64,000 bases of DNA from an uncultured bacterium (lineage in GTDB: Bacteria; Patescibacteriota; Minisyncoccia; UBA6257; 2-01-FULL-56-20), in NCBI GenBank assembly GCA_963719425.1, contig OY970382.1, positions 813,833 to 877,832 of the forward strand, given 5' to 3'. Below are positions 47,146 to 57,816 of this stretch, in pieces (positions within the stretch are counted from its first letter, which is position 1; every line of letters starts with the position of its first letter). The translations under genes and the position numbers were made by a program. The notes beneath the pieces are model-generated. The model had not been told where the DNA came from. It did not search any database and saw only the letters and a list, made by a program, of their open reading frames with translations.

Positions 47146-47801
47146 TGAAAATTGATACGCGATATTCCAACCAGCGGGTTGGGATTTTTGTTGATGTGCA
47201 GAACCTCTATCATTCCGCGAAGAACCTCTATCGCGGCCGCGTGAACTACACGGAACTCAAGAAATACCTCGTGGGTGACAGGCAGTTGATCCGCGCGATG
47301 GCCTACGTGGTGAAAAGCGAGGGAGTGGAGCCGCAGCGTTTTGGACCGCGCACAGCCGCCGGCGGGCGCGGCGCGACTGCGGCCGCAGAGGAGGGCGAAG
47401 AGGGCGTGCGTCCGCCCCTCCGGATCGCCCGCGTATCACACATCACCGAAGAGAACGGTGAACTTTCTTCCGAAGGCGCGTTTTTTGAGGCGCTTACGAA
47501 GGCGGGATTTGAGCTTCGGATGAAGGATCTCCAGATTTACGCCGGTGGGATGAAGAAGGCGGACTGGGACGTGGGGATGGCGGTGGATGCGATCAGGATG
47601 GCCGCGTTCCTTGACGTGGTCATACTTGTGACGGGCGACGGCGATTTCCTGCCGCTCGTGGACTACCTCAAATGGGGCGCCGGGCGGCTCGTGGAGGTGG
47701 CGGCGTTCCGCCGGAGCGCATCTTCCAAAATACAGGAGGCCGCCGACCGCTTCATTAACATTGAAGAGATTCCGCGGGCCATCATGAAATCGCGCCTGTA
47801 G
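47145..47801 (+). CDS. NYN-domain (LabA-like) protein
   Basis: VGIFVDVQNLYHSAKNL...VILVTGDGDFLPLV is the NYN/PIN-like nuclease-fold signature. An unusual Gly/Ala/Arg-rich insert sits in the middle. Confidence 0.65.
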   Translation: MKIDTRYSNQRVGIFVDVQNLYHSAKNLYRGRVNYTELKKYLVGDRQLIRAMAYVVKSEGVEPQRFGPRTAAGGRGATAAAEEGEEGVRPPLRIARVSHITEENGELSSEGAFFEALTKAGFELRMKDLQIYAGGMKKADWDVGMAVDAIRMAAFLDVVILVTGDGDFLPLVDYLKWGAGRLVEVAAFRRSASSKIQEAADRFINIEEIPRAIMKSRL

Positions 47802-47851
47802 GACGCCGCGCCGCAATTTTAGCACATCCATCATTAATTGCTGATTAAAAC

Positions 47852-49957
47852 ATGCTTGACAAGAAACAATTCTCCATTGACGTCGCAGGAAAGACGCTCA
47901 CGATAGAAATCTCATCGCTTGCCGAACAGGCGAATGCCGCCGTGCTCGCGAAATACGGCGAGACGGTAGTTTTGGCGACCGCGGTCGCAGCGCGCAAGGA
48001 CGCGGGGACGGATTATCTGCCGCTCAAAGTTGATTACGAGGAAAAATTTTATGCGGCAGGAAAGATCATCGGCAGCCGGTTCATCCGCCGCGAGGGGCGC
48101 GCCTCCGAAGAGGCGGTCTTGGCCGGGCGGCTCGTGGATCGCACTATCCGGCCGCTTTTTGATTCTCGCATCCGGCGCGAGATCCAGGTTGTCGTGACCG
48201 TGTTGCAGATAGATGATGAGAACGATCCGGAGTTCGTGGGGCTTTTGGGTGCATCCGTCGCGCTCCTCATATCTGACATCCCGTGGGGCGGTCCGGTCGC
48301 GGGCGTGCGCATGGCGCAGGTTGGCAATGAATTCAAGATCAATCCGGACAATTCGTATATCAGTGCGAATTCCCCGGCCTTTGACGCGTTTGCGTCCGGC
48401 TCCAAGGATCGCATCAACATGATTGAACTCGGCGGCCTGGATGCGCAGGAAAAAGATGTTGCTGGAGGGCTCGCGATGGCGCAAAAGGAAATCAACCGGC
48501 TCGTGGAATTCCAGGAGGGCATTCGGAAGGAGATTGGAAAGGAAAAGATGGAGATGCCGGTCGCGGAACCGAGCGAAGAATTGAAGACGGCGATTGGCGC
48601 CTATTTGGCGGACAAGCTTGAGGCGGCGGTCTTCCGTCCGAGGAAAGCCGAGCAGCAAAGTGCGATCGGCGAATTGAAAACGGCGCTCCTTTTGCATCTC
48701 AAAGAATCGTTTGAAGCGCAGGAGAAGGAGGTGGATTGGAAAGCGGCCGATTTTCTTTTTGAAGACGCGATCAACGACCTTGTGCACCGCGAAGCATTGA
48801 CGAAAGAACGGCGGCCGGACGGCAGGAAACTTGACGAACTGCGCCCGTTGGACGGCGAAGTGGCGCTTTTCTCCCGCACGCACGGCTCGGCACTCTTCGT
48901 GCGGGGGAACACGCAAGCGCTTGCCGTGACGACGCTCGCGGCGCCGGGCGCCGAACAGATGATAGAAACGATGGAGACGACAGGCAAGCGTCGCTTCATG
49001 CTGCACTACAATTTCCCGCCGTTCTCGGTCGGCGAGGTGGGCACGTTCCGCGGACCGGGTCGTCGCGAGATCGGCCACGGCAACCTTGCGCGGAAATCAC
49101 TGGAGCGGCTTATCCCGACCAAAGAAGAATTTCCCTACACGATCCGCGTCGTTTCGGAGATCATGTCTTCCAACGGGTCATCTTCCATGGCAACCGTTTG
49201 TGCAACGTCCCTGTCGCTTATGGATGCCGGCGTGCCGATCAAAAAACCGGCGGCGGGCATCGCGATGGGTTTGATGATGAAAGATGTGAACAATTATAAG
49301 ATTCTCACGGACATCCAGGGGCCGGAAGATCACCACGGTGACATGGATCTAAAGGTGGCAGGCACGGTGGACGGCATCACGGGCATGCAGATGGACATCA
49401 AAGTGGACGGGCTTACGGCAGAGATCGTTCTTAAAACGCTTCTCCAGGCAAAGAAGGCGCGGCTTCAAATTTTGGAAGTTATGAAGGGCGTGATCGCCGC
49501 GCCACGCGAAAAATTATCGCCGTACGTGCCAACCATCCGGCAGCTCAAGATTGCGACGGATAAGATTGGCGCAGTCATTGGCCCGGGCGGCAAAGTGATC
49601 AACGGCCTTATTGAGAAATACGGCCTTGCAGGGATTGATATTGACGACGATGGTGGCGTATTCGTTTCGGGTACCGACCTTCTGAAAGTGGAAGCGGCGG
49701 TCGCGGAGATCAAAGGCATTGCGCGGGAGTTCAAAGTGGGCGAGATCGTGGAGGGGACTGTAGTAAAAACGCTTGAATTCGGGGCAATCGTGGACCTCGG
49801 CGGCGGCAAAGACGGCATGATTCATGTTTCCGAATTGAAGAGCGGTTTCGTGAAGAAGGTGGAAGACGTGGTGAAGGTGGGCGATTTCGTGCGTGCGAAG
49901 ATAATCAGCGTTGACGACGACGGGCGCATCCGGATGTCCGTGAAGCAGCTGCAATAG
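47852..49957 (+). CDS. pnp: Polyribonucleotide nucleotidyltransferase (PNPase)
   Basis: Two RNase PH domains, a KH domain (GPGGKVINGL) and a C-terminal S1 domain; 701 aa. Confidence 0.9.
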   Translation: MLDKKQFSIDVAGKTLTIEISSLAEQANAAVLAKYGETVVLATAVAARKDAGTDYLPLKVDYEEKFYAAGKIIGSRFIRREGRASEEAVLAGRLVDRTIRPLFDSRIRREIQVVVTVLQIDDENDPEFVGLLGASVALLISDIPWGGPVAGVRMAQVGNEFKINPDNSYISANSPAFDAFASGSKDRINMIELGGLDAQEKDVAGGLAMAQKEINRLVEFQEGIRKEIGKEKMEMPVAEPSEELKTAIGAYLADKLEAAVFRPRKAEQQSAIGELKTALLLHLKESFEAQEKEVDWKAADFLFEDAINDLVHREALTKERRPDGRKLDELRPLDGEVALFSRTHGSALFVRGNTQALAVTTLAAPGAEQMIETMETTGKRRFMLHYNFPPFSVGEVGTFRGPGRREIGHGNLARKSLERLIPTKEEFPYTIRVVSEIMSSNGSSSMATVCATSLSLMDAGVPIKKPAAGIAMGLMMKDVNNYKILTDIQGPEDHHGDMDLKVAGTVDGITGMQMDIKVDGLTAEIVLKTLLQAKKARLQILEVMKGVIAAPREKLSPYVPTIRQLKIATDKIGAVIGPGGKVINGLIEKYGLAGIDIDDDGGVFVSGTDLLKVEAAVAEIKGIAREFKVGEIVEGTVVKTLEFGAIVDLGGGKDGMIHVSELKSGFVKKVEDVVKVGDFVRAKIISVDDDGRIRMSVKQLQ

Positions 49958-49999
49958 CACGCGCCGCCCCGCGGGCGGAGCGTTTTTAGTCGTGCTAAA

Positions 50000-51073
50000 A
50001 TGGAGCAGATGGAAGGACCTATCAACAATGTGCCGTTATCGCCGCCTTCGCCGTTCCCCGAAGTTCCCTCGGCGCCGCCTCCGCCGCCGGAGGTGAAAGT
50101 GCGCACGATGCGCTCCGATCTGGAATCAATGGCGAAAAGCGGCGGAGGTCCGCCGAGTTTCCGAACTGTGAAAGTGGCCGGGCTCGCGGTGAAAAACAAT
50201 CCTGTCGCGAGAGCTGCGCGTGCAAAAAAGGAAAAAGCCCTTATTATTGCGCTTGTCGCCGTCGCGGCCGCTGCGGCGGTCGCATGCATCGGCTATCTCG
50301 CCTACTGGGTATTTTTCTCCGGTTCCGTGGCGCCGCAGCCGCAGCCGCAACAATCGCCGCAGTCCGGTACCGGCGCGGGCGCCTCGGCGGCTCAATCCAA
50401 TACCGCGATTACTAATGCAACAAGCGTTGTGACGAGCATCCCACCGGCCGCACAGGGCGCGTCATCCGCCGCGGCGTCCTCCGCCCAAGGCCCGTCCTTC
50501 AAAGAACCCGCGGACCAGATTTTGACACTCGTGCTCAGGGCGGGCGGAACGGTCACGAGCGCAGCCGACCTGCAAACATTCAACCAGAAACTTTCTGCGC
50601 TTCTCACAACCGTGAACAAAAATTCAAACTTCATTGAAATTGACGCGAAGGGTGCGGACGGACACGATCTCGGCATCGGGGAGATTCTGTCGCAGGCGAA
50701 CGCACAGATCATTGACCCGGCGCTTCTTGCCGAAAATTTTGATCCCACCGCGGCCTTCTTTGTGTATCAAGATAAAAATGGCTTTTGGCCCGGCTATGTA
50801 CTTTCGCTCCAAGAGGGGAAGAACTGGCTGTTTTTGGAAAATAATGTGGCGAAATTGGAAGCGTCGCCGAATATCGCCAACCTATTTCTCTATGACATCG
50901 GCGCGCCGTCCACGAGCGGCTTCATGGACGGGCGAGTGGCCAGCACGTCCGTGCGCGTATTGCCATTCCCGAGTGCAAACCCGCCCGCGAGTTTTGTGTA
51001 TGGCTGGTATGAAACGCGCCTCGTCGTGAGCACGTCGCTTGCGGGCTTTGCGCGGGCGGTGTCCCACCTCTAG
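50000..51073 (+). CDS. Hypothetical N-terminally anchored secreted protein with a Pro-rich N-terminus
   Basis: ORF with one TM; no motifs recognised. Confidence 0.4.
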   Translation: MEQMEGPINNVPLSPPSPFPEVPSAPPPPPEVKVRTMRSDLESMAKSGGGPPSFRTVKVAGLAVKNNPVARAARAKKEKALIIALVAVAAAAAVACIGYLAYWVFFSGSVAPQPQPQQSPQSGTGAGASAAQSNTAITNATSVVTSIPPAAQGASSAAASSAQGPSFKEPADQILTLVLRAGGTVTSAADLQTFNQKLSALLTTVNKNSNFIEIDAKGADGHDLGIGEILSQANAQIIDPALLAENFDPTAAFFVYQDKNGFWPGYVLSLQEGKNWLFLENNVAKLEASPNIANLFLYDIGAPSTSGFMDGRVASTSVRVLPFPSANPPASFVYGWYETRLVVSTSLAGFARAVSHL

Positions 51074-51137
51074 AACCCCCTTCAAAAATTTGAGGTAGCG
51101 TAGGTAGTCCGCCGTGTGCGGTCTTGCCGCCTGGAAT

Positions 51138-52127
51138 CTACGGGCGTTTTGGGTCCGCCTTCTCCATGTCTTCCACGATTTTTTTCTTGATCTCGTCCAA
51201 GAGTTTTTTGTCTTCTTTTAGTTTCAAGCGGACGTTATCAAATCCTGTGCCGAGCTTTTCTCCTTCAAATGTGAAACCTGCTCCCGCTTTTTTGACGATA
51301 CCACGGTTCACGGCGGCGTTCAGGACGTCGCTCTCGTAGGAGATGCCTTCGCCGAACATGATATCAAACTCGGCGGTCCGAAAGGGAGCTGCCACTTTGT
51401 TTTTCGCCACTTTTGCTCTCACGCGGTTGCCCACTACCACGTCCCCCTTCTTCACTTGCGCAATACGGCGGAGATCAATGCGCACCGAGGCCGCAAATTT
51501 GAGCGCCAATCCCCCCGGCGTCGTTTCCGGATTGCCGAACATGACGCCGATCTTCATGCGGATCTGGTTGATAAAGATGATGAGCGTCTGGCTCTGGCTT
51601 GCGATGGCGGTGAGCTTCCGCAGGGCCTGCGCCATCATGCGCGCCTGGCGTCCCACATGCTGTTCCCCCATTTCTCCTTCTATCTCCGCGCGGGGGGTGA
51701 GTGCCGCCACGGAGTCCACGACGACGACCGAGATCATCTTGGAACGCACCAGACTTTCCAGGATATTGAGTGCTTCCTCGCCATTATCTGGCTGGGAGAC
51801 CAAGAGCTCATTTACGCGGACGCCGAGCCGCGCCGCGTATTCCGGGTCCATCGCATGTTCTGCGTCAATAAAGGCGCACCGCCCGCCCTGTCTTTGCGCC
51901 TGCGCGACGACGTTAAGGGCCAGCGTGGTTTTACCACTCGCCTCCTGGCCGTAGATTTCCACGACTCTCCCACGTGGCAGGCCGCCGACGCCGAGCGCGA
52001 GATCAAGCGAGAACGAGCCCGTGGGAATCACCGCCACGTCTGCGCGGCTCACGTCGCCAAGCTTCATGATGGCGCCTTCGCCGAATTTTTCCTGGAGGGA
52101 AGAAAGAAGATTATCCAGATCCTTCAT
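51138..52127 (-). CDS. recA: Recombinase RecA
   Basis: Walker [13 protein letters not shown], the L1/L2 loop regions and FINQIR. Start set at [16 protein letters not shown]. The longer ORF would add a 37-aa Lys/Glu-rich extension. Confidence 0.9.
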   Translation of the reverse strand: MKDLDNLLSSLQEKFGEGAIMKLGDVSRADVAVIPTGSFSLDLALGVGGLPRGRVVEIYGQEASGKTTLALNVVAQAQRQGGRCAFIDAEHAMDPEYAARLGVRVNELLVSQPDNGEEALNILESLVRSKMISVVVVDSVAALTPRAEIEGEMGEQHVGRQARMMAQALRKLTAIASQSQTLIIFINQIRMKIGVMFGNPETTPGGLALKFAASVRIDLRRIAQVKKGDVVVGNRVRAKVAKNKVAAPFRTAEFDIMFGEGISYESDVLNAAVNRGIVKKAGAGFTFEGEKLGTGFDNVRLKLKEDKKLLDEIKKKIVEDMEKADPKRP

Positions 52128-52284
52128 GCCTTCGTCCTTCGCCACTTTCTTCGTTTCTTTTTCTTCTTTCGCGTTCGCAGGTTCTCTCACGGACTCACCG
52201 TCCTTTTTCGCAGGTTCCGCTTTTTTCACTTGTGTCATGCTCTTATTATATCAGAGCCGGCATTAAATTCCTATTAAAGATTTT

Positions 52285-53022
52285 TCAATCGAAGTAAGTG
52301 CCCGTGGCGGGGATTTGCGGCGCGAAGTGGATCACGGGCTGTGTTCCGGAGGCTGAGAGCGGCAGCGTGTAAATGATTTCTTGCGTCACGCGGGTTTCGC
52401 CGCCAAGAAATTTTTCCGCGCTGATTTCAAACGTATTGAGCCCCTTCCCCAAAAGCACCCCTTTCTCCCAGGAACCGTCGGGAGCTACGATGATTTCCTC
52501 GCTGCTTGAGGATTCGTTGCTTACAAGGTAAAGCGCGTCGGCATTACGCACCGTGCCTTGGATTGTGAGGGTCGCGGAGGAAGTCACATAGGGATTTTCC
52601 GCGGGATACGTCACCGTGAGGATGGGTTTGCCGAAAATATAGGGAAACGCAAAGAGAAAATATCCCACGAGGATAACGATGAGAACGGCCGCGATCCACG
52701 CGGATTTCGGCACGCGGTTTCGGACGAATCGGTTTCTCGGAAGCTCATCCGACATGTGTGCGTCTTTCGTAGTATCTTCTTGTTCCAGTCTTCCCCACCA
52801 TTCCTCACCGTCAAAATCAAGCGTCCTGCCGATGCGGATGAGATAGCCGCGGAGATACGGCTTGGAGGGCATGTCGCTAAAATTGCCGTGGAAGAGATTT
52901 GTGAGATGTACGGGTGCGATGCCGGTAACCTCCGAAAGCTTTGCGAGCGAGATTCCCTTGCTGCGGAGCCGTTCGGCGAAGAATTCCGGAAAGCTCATGT
53001 CATTTTCGTGATCGTTATTCAT
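52285..53022 (-). CDS. RodZ-like protein (cytoplasmic XRE-type HTH, one TM, extracytoplasmic C-terminal domain)
   Basis: N-terminal GISLAKLSEVTGIAPVHLTNL helix-turn-helix, a central TM, and a beta-rich C-terminus. Confidence 0.5.
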   Translation of the reverse strand: MNNDHENDMSFPEFFAERLRSKGISLAKLSEVTGIAPVHLTNLFHGNFSDMPSKPYLRGYLIRIGRTLDFDGEEWWGRLEQEDTTKDAHMSDELPRNRFVRNRVPKSAWIAAVLIVILVGYFLFAFPYIFGKPILTVTYPAENPYVTSSATLTIQGTVRNADALYLVSNESSSSEEIIVAPDGSWEKGVLLGKGLNTFEISAEKFLGGETRVTQEIIYTLPLSASGTQPVIHFAPQIPATGTYFD

Positions 53023-53039
53023 TGGTGTGTGTGGCTATA

Positions 53040-55163
53040 TTACGAAAGCCGTTCTTCTATTTTTTCCAGATTGACGTCGCGGGGCTTCGCGCCGTCACCC
53101 GGGCCGATAAGTTCCGCGGCTTCCATGAGGTCCAGAAGCCGCGCGGCACGGGCATAGCCAACTTTCAGGCGGCGCTGCAGAAGCGACGCCGAGGCCTTCT
53201 TGGCTTCCGCCACGGTTGCGATGGCCTCGTCAAAAAGCTCGTCGGTGTCCTCGTCCTCAAGATATTCGTCAAAGTTTTGCGGTGCAGCAATGTGAGCGGC
53301 CGTGCCGTTCATACCACCGTTTTCAAAGTTCACCTCCCTGCCTTCCTCCGCCGTCGCGGCGTTGTGATCGCGGACGAAACTCGCCACATTTTTGATCTCG
53401 TCTTCCGTGATATAGGCACCCTGGATGCGCTTCGGCTTGGAGAGTTCGGCGGACACGAAAAGCAAATCGCCGTTGCCAAGGAGTTTCTCCGCGCCTGCGG
53501 TATCCAAAATAGTGCGCGAATCAATCTGCGATGCCACTTGGAGTGCCACGCGTGCGGTGATGTTCGCCTTGATGAGTCCTGTGATGATCTCCACCGACGG
53601 TCGCTGCGTGGCGAGCAGAAGGTGAATACCCGTCGCCCGCGCCATCTGCGCGAGGCGTACAACAGACCCTTCCACTTCACGGCCATAGGAGGTCATAAGG
53701 TCTGCCATCTCATCTATCACGATCAAAATAAAGGGAAGCGCCTCGGACGGGTGGCTCGCGTTATAGCCCTTCGTATCGCGGCTGCCGGCTTTTTGGAGAA
53801 GCTCATACCGCCGTTCCATTTCGGCGATCGCCCAGCGGAACACGGTAACCGCCTTTTTGTTCTCCATGATCACGGGGCTCACGAGATGGGGGATGCCTTC
53901 ATAGACGGAAAGCTCCACGCGCTTCGGGTCAATAAGGACGAGCTTCAGGGTCTGTGGCGAGTTCTTATACAAAAGCGAAACAAGGAGCGAGTGCATAAGG
54001 ATTGACTTTCCCGAGCCGGTCGCGCCCGCGACGAGCATGTGCGGCATTTTCTCAATGTCCGTGAAGACCGGTTCGCCCGAGACGTCGCGACCGAGAACGA
54101 AACCGAGCGGCCCCGATTGCTGGAATTCGGGATAATGCATCAAGCTGCCGAGCCGCACAAGCGCGGCCGCCCTGTTCGGCACCTCAATGCCCACGAGCGA
54201 TTTCCCCGGGATCGGCGCTTCAATGCGGATCGGATGCGCGGCGAGCGCGAGCGCGAGATCGGAGGAGAGCGCCGTGATACGTGAGAGCTTCATCCCTTCG
54301 GCCGGCTTCAAGGTGTAACGCGTAACCGCCGGACCCACATTGATCTCTCCCATTTCCACGCTGATGCCGAAGCTCTCCAGTGTTCGCTTGATGATGTTTG
54401 CGTTTGCAAGGAGATCACCCGTTGTGGGTTTCCCCGTCTCGGATTTCAGAAGCGAAAGCGGCGGGGGGACGTAATTCGCAAAGACCGGTGCCTTGGCTCT
54501 CCTCACGGACTTCGGCGTGCGCCCCGCCTCTACGAGCGTCGGTTTCATTTCTTCCTCGTCTTCCTCGCGCTCCTCTATCTTCCCCTTTTTGCTCTCGGTC
54601 CCTGTCACAACGAGCGGCTTTTCGGTGCCGCCTTCTTCCCCGCTGGGCGCCTTCCACGGCCACTTGATTCTGATAGGTACGTTCGCTGTGACAAGAACCG
54701 AAATGATGAGGATGAACCCGTCAATGATGACTGCCGCGGTTTTTCCGAACGGGTAGCGGAGCGACCCAAGCACAAGGCCGAGCCAGCCGCCCTTCGCGGG
54801 GGAGAATATTTCAATGAGGCCGAGGAACGAAAGGATAAGGAGACTAGCTCCTACGAGCGTTGTGCCTACTATTTTCTTGCGGCCGGAGGCCAAAAGTACG
54901 ATTGCGGCGAAGACAAGCGTCACGGGGAGGACGAAATATCCCCAGCCGAAGAGTGCGGTGAAGCCCTGATACATCGCGCCGCCCGCAGGCCCCGCCGCGC
55001 CGAACCCCGCAAGCGTGAGGATCACCGCAGCGCAAAAAAGCCCCACCCCCCAGATGCTTTTCTTCGTATCGGGGTGCAGGCGGCTGTCAGAGACACCCAT
55101 TTCCCTCCCGCCCCCATTCTTTTTATTGAGGCCCGCCTCTCCGTTCCTTTTCGCCATTTTCAA
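53040..55163 (-). CDS. ftsK: DNA translocase FtsK/SpoIIIE
   Basis: N-terminal 4 TM helices, motor-domain Walker A GATGSGKS, and a C-terminal winged-helix gamma domain. Confidence 0.85.
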   Translation of the reverse strand: MKMAKRNGEAGLNKKNGGGREMGVSDSRLHPDTKKSIWGVGLFCAAVILTLAGFGAAGPAGGAMYQGFTALFGWGYFVLPVTLVFAAIVLLASGRKKIVGTTLVGASLLILSFLGLIEIFSPAKGGWLGLVLGSLRYPFGKTAAVIIDGFILIISVLVTANVPIRIKWPWKAPSGEEGGTEKPLVVTGTESKKGKIEEREEDEEEMKPTLVEAGRTPKSVRRAKAPVFANYVPPPLSLLKSETGKPTTGDLLANANIIKRTLESFGISVEMGEINVGPAVTRYTLKPAEGMKLSRITALSSDLALALAAHPIRIEAPIPGKSLVGIEVPNRAAALVRLGSLMHYPEFQQSGPLGFVLGRDVSGEPVFTDIEKMPHMLVAGATGSGKSILMHSLLVSLLYKNSPQTLKLVLIDPKRVELSVYEGIPHLVSPVIMENKKAVTVFRWAIAEMERRYELLQKAGSRDTKGYNASHPSEALPFILIVIDEMADLMTSYGREVEGSVVRLAQMARATGIHLLLATQRPSVEIITGLIKANITARVALQVASQIDSRTILDTAGAEKLLGNGDLLFVSAELSKPKRIQGAYITEDEIKNVASFVRDHNAATAEEGREVNFENGGMNGTAAHIAAPQNFDEYLEDEDTDELFDEAIATVAEAKKASASLLQRRLKVGYARAARLLDLMEAAELIGPGDGAKPRDVNLEKIEERLS

Positions 55164-55217
55164 TTGTATTCTACTTCAATTGTGCGCGAACGCCAAAACA
55201 CGCCGCAGGTTCAGCTT

Positions 55218-56675
55218 TCAATCCAGGGAGGAAAGATTTACCGCGAGGTCATCTTCCCAAATCATTTCAGGATAACTTTTCAGTAGCGTTTTGATGTAGT
55301 GTTTTCTTTCGTCGTATGTCTTTTGATCCTGCGCCTCAAATTTCACGGTGAGGTAAGGACCATTCTGGGAAAAGCGGAAAATCATCATACCATCGGGAAA
55401 ATCTGCACGGACGCCATCGTCACCGGGGATGACGCGCGCATCGGTAATTTTCGCCCGAGGGAAATCATTTTCAAACTTCACGGAGAGGTCCTGAACCACT
55501 TTTATTTTTTTATCGTCGGGACAACCTATTTTGATTTCCGGGGAGGAAATGTATTTTGGGAATTCTTCGTACAGTTGACTCAAAGAAATGTCCTTTTCGG
55601 AAAGGTATTCAAGGATTCTGAGGATTGCATAGGTGCCATCATCGTAGCCGTAGGCGTTATCGTTGAAGAAGAAATGGCCGGAGAGTTCTCCCCCAAAAAC
55701 CGCCCCCGTCTCGGCGATTTTTGATTTAATGAAGGCATGGCCGGTCCGCCACATAATTGGGATACCACCGCATTGCTCAATGACCCTGGAAGTCAGTTGG
55801 GAACACAGCGTGTTGTACACGATTTTTGATCCCGGAAAACGCTCCAAGATCTCTTTCGCAAAAATAGCCAATAGCACGTCGTTCCACAACACGCGACCCT
55901 TTTCATCTACCACTCCCGTGCGATCCCCGTCGCCATCAAATGTCACGCCGAAGTCGGCTTTTTCTGCAAGAACCCTTTTCTGAATGCGCGCCATGACCGA
56001 TGTGGCAGTTGGATCTGGCGTTCCGATGGGGAAATGGCCGTCTACTTCCAGATTTTGGCCGATTACTTCACAGCCCGCCCTCTCAAATATCTTTGGGTTG
56101 TAAAGCCCCGTGGTGCCCATACTGGTATCAACCACTACCCTAAACTTCTTTTCTATTCTCACGCGTTTCAGGACATCGTGTTCGTAATCCTCAATGAACT
56201 GTTCACGGGCCTTACCCTCGAGCACCGTGATCGTGCCCGGTTCATCGGCGACAAAAAATGTCTCATCCGCAGCAACCTTCTGTATCTCCTGGATCTCCGG
56301 CTTTTCCGTGGTTTTGGAGTACCCAAAAGCAATTTTGAATCCGTTGTAATTCCATGGATTGTGCGACGCAGTAATCATGACGCCGCCGTTCGTTTGAAAA
56401 CGATACTGTGCGAAATACATCATCTGCGTCATGACCATGCCGAGGTCAATGATGTCCACCCCCATCGCGGACAATCCTTTGATAAAGGCTCGATGATATT
56501 CTTCGCTACTCAAGCGGCAATCGTATCCTATGACTGCTTGCCTGATTTTTCTTTTCCGCAGGAAGGTGCCGTATGATTTCGCAATTGCTTCCACCTTTTT
56601 GGCATCAAGGTCCGTACCGGCGATTCCTCTGATGTCATAGTCCCTGAAAATGTACGGATTTATTTTCATATACAA
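55218..56675 (-). CDS. Phosphoglucomutase/phosphomannomutase-family phosphohexomutase
   Basis: Active-site Ser loop TASHNPWNYNGFK, metal loop DGDGDR, and sugar-binding GELSGH. Confidence 0.8.
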   Translation of the reverse strand: MYMKINPYIFRDYDIRGIAGTDLDAKKVEAIAKSYGTFLRKRKIRQAVIGYDCRLSSEEYHRAFIKGLSAMGVDIIDLGMVMTQMMYFAQYRFQTNGGVMITASHNPWNYNGFKIAFGYSKTTEKPEIQEIQKVAADETFFVADEPGTITVLEGKAREQFIEDYEHDVLKRVRIEKKFRVVVDTSMGTTGLYNPKIFERAGCEVIGQNLEVDGHFPIGTPDPTATSVMARIQKRVLAEKADFGVTFDGDGDRTGVVDEKGRVLWNDVLLAIFAKEILERFPGSKIVYNTLCSQLTSRVIEQCGGIPIMWRTGHAFIKSKIAETGAVFGGELSGHFFFNDNAYGYDDGTYAILRILEYLSEKDISLSQLYEEFPKYISSPEIKIGCPDDKKIKVVQDLSVKFENDFPRAKITDARVIPGDDGVRADFPDGMMIFRFSQNGPYLTVKFEAQDQKTYDERKHYIKTLLKSYPEMIWEDDLAVNLSSLD

Positions 56676-56718
56676 GGAAGTATATCAGATTTCATTGTTT
56701 CGTTGACAGGCGCGGTGC

Positions 56719-57219
56719 GTGGCGGTATGCTACGGCTACATGCCGGACTTCTTAAACAGCTCGCTCGGAATCCGAATGACCATTGACGAAGTGGTTCGTG
56801 CGATCGTTGATTTTATGACGATAGAGCCCGCGCGCCGCTACAAAGTGACCATCGGCACCGACTCCGAGCTTCTGCGCGGCAAGAAGGCGGATTTTGTGAC
56901 CGCGGTGGTGGTGCATCGCGTAGGGAAAGGCGGCCGCTATTTCTGGCGGCGCTTTGAACTCGGAAAGTTTCATAACCTGCGCGACAGGATCATTAAAGAA
57001 GTGTTAATCTCGCTTGAGGTCGCGGAGAAGGTGCTTTCGGAACTCAAAAAACTCCCGCTCCCCGAATTTGATTTTGAGATCCATGTCGACATCGGCCAGA
57101 ACGGCCCCACGAAAGCAATGATTCAAGAAGTGGTGGCGATGATCAGGGCGAATAATTTCCAGGTGAAGACGAAGCCGGAGAGCTATGCAGCGTCCAACGT
57201 CGCCGACCGGCACATATAA
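56719..57219 (+). CDS. YkuK/DUF458-like RNase-H-fold protein
   Basis: KVTIGTDSE...VTAVVVHRVGKGGRYF resembles the DUF458 family; tentative. Confidence 0.45.
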   Translation: MAVCYGYMPDFLNSSLGIRMTIDEVVRAIVDFMTIEPARRYKVTIGTDSELLRGKKADFVTAVVVHRVGKGGRYFWRRFELGKFHNLRDRIIKEVLISLEVAEKVLSELKKLPLPEFDFEIHVDIGQNGPTKAMIQEVVAMIRANNFQVKTKPESYAASNVADRHI

Positions 57220-57797
57220 TGGACACTCTGGTTTTTGACATTGAAACGCAGAATTTCTTCACCGACCCGGATGTGGGACGGGACAATTTCGCTGCGCTCA
57301 AAATATCGGTTGTCGGCGTCTATTCCTATTTGTACGACAAGTATTTTGTTTTTGAGGAGCACGAGATGGACAAGCTCGCCGAGCTCTTTGCGGGGGCGCG
57401 GTGGATCGTCGGATTCAGCATAAATCGCTATGATGTGCCGGTGCTTAATAATTACTTCCAGGGGTTGGGCGCCGCGGCGCCGAATCTTTGGGAGAAAGAG
57501 CGCGTGGATCTGCTTGAGGAGGTTGAAATGGCGGCGAAGCAGCGAGTGAGCTTGAGCCGGCTCGCCGAAACGAACCTCGGCGTGAAAAAAGACCATCACG
57601 GCTCGGAGGCAATCGGTCTCTATCAGGAAGGCAAGATGGACGAGCTCAAAGCATATTGCCTGAAGGACGTGGAGCTCACGAAGGCGCTCTACGATCTGTA
57701 TCGGAAGCAGAATTATTTTTTGATGCCCGACAAACAAACGGGCGAGATTGTGAAAGTGGCGTTCGCGAAACCGCTTGCGGCCGCGGGGCTTTTTTAG
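57219..57797 (+). CDS. DEDDy-type 3'-5' exonuclease-fold protein
   Basis: Exo I FDIET, Exo II GFSINRYDVPVL, Exo III YCLKDVELT. Confidence 0.55.
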   Translation: MDTLVFDIETQNFFTDPDVGRDNFAALKISVVGVYSYLYDKYFVFEEHEMDKLAELFAGARWIVGFSINRYDVPVLNNYFQGLGAAAPNLWEKERVDLLEEVEMAAKQRVSLSRLAETNLGVKKDHHGSEAIGLYQEGKMDELKAYCLKDVELTKALYDLYRKQNYFLMPDKQTGEIVKVAFAKPLAAAGLF

Positions 57798-57816
57798 TCG
57801 CACCACGCGGCGGACC

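Noticed and set aside
51138-52238. The full 366-aa RecA ORF with its Lys/Glu-rich 37-aa N-terminal extension
   Set aside because: The canonical RecA N-terminus ([16 protein letters not shown]) begins at an internal Met. The extension is probably not translated. This is kept as a minor uncertainty.
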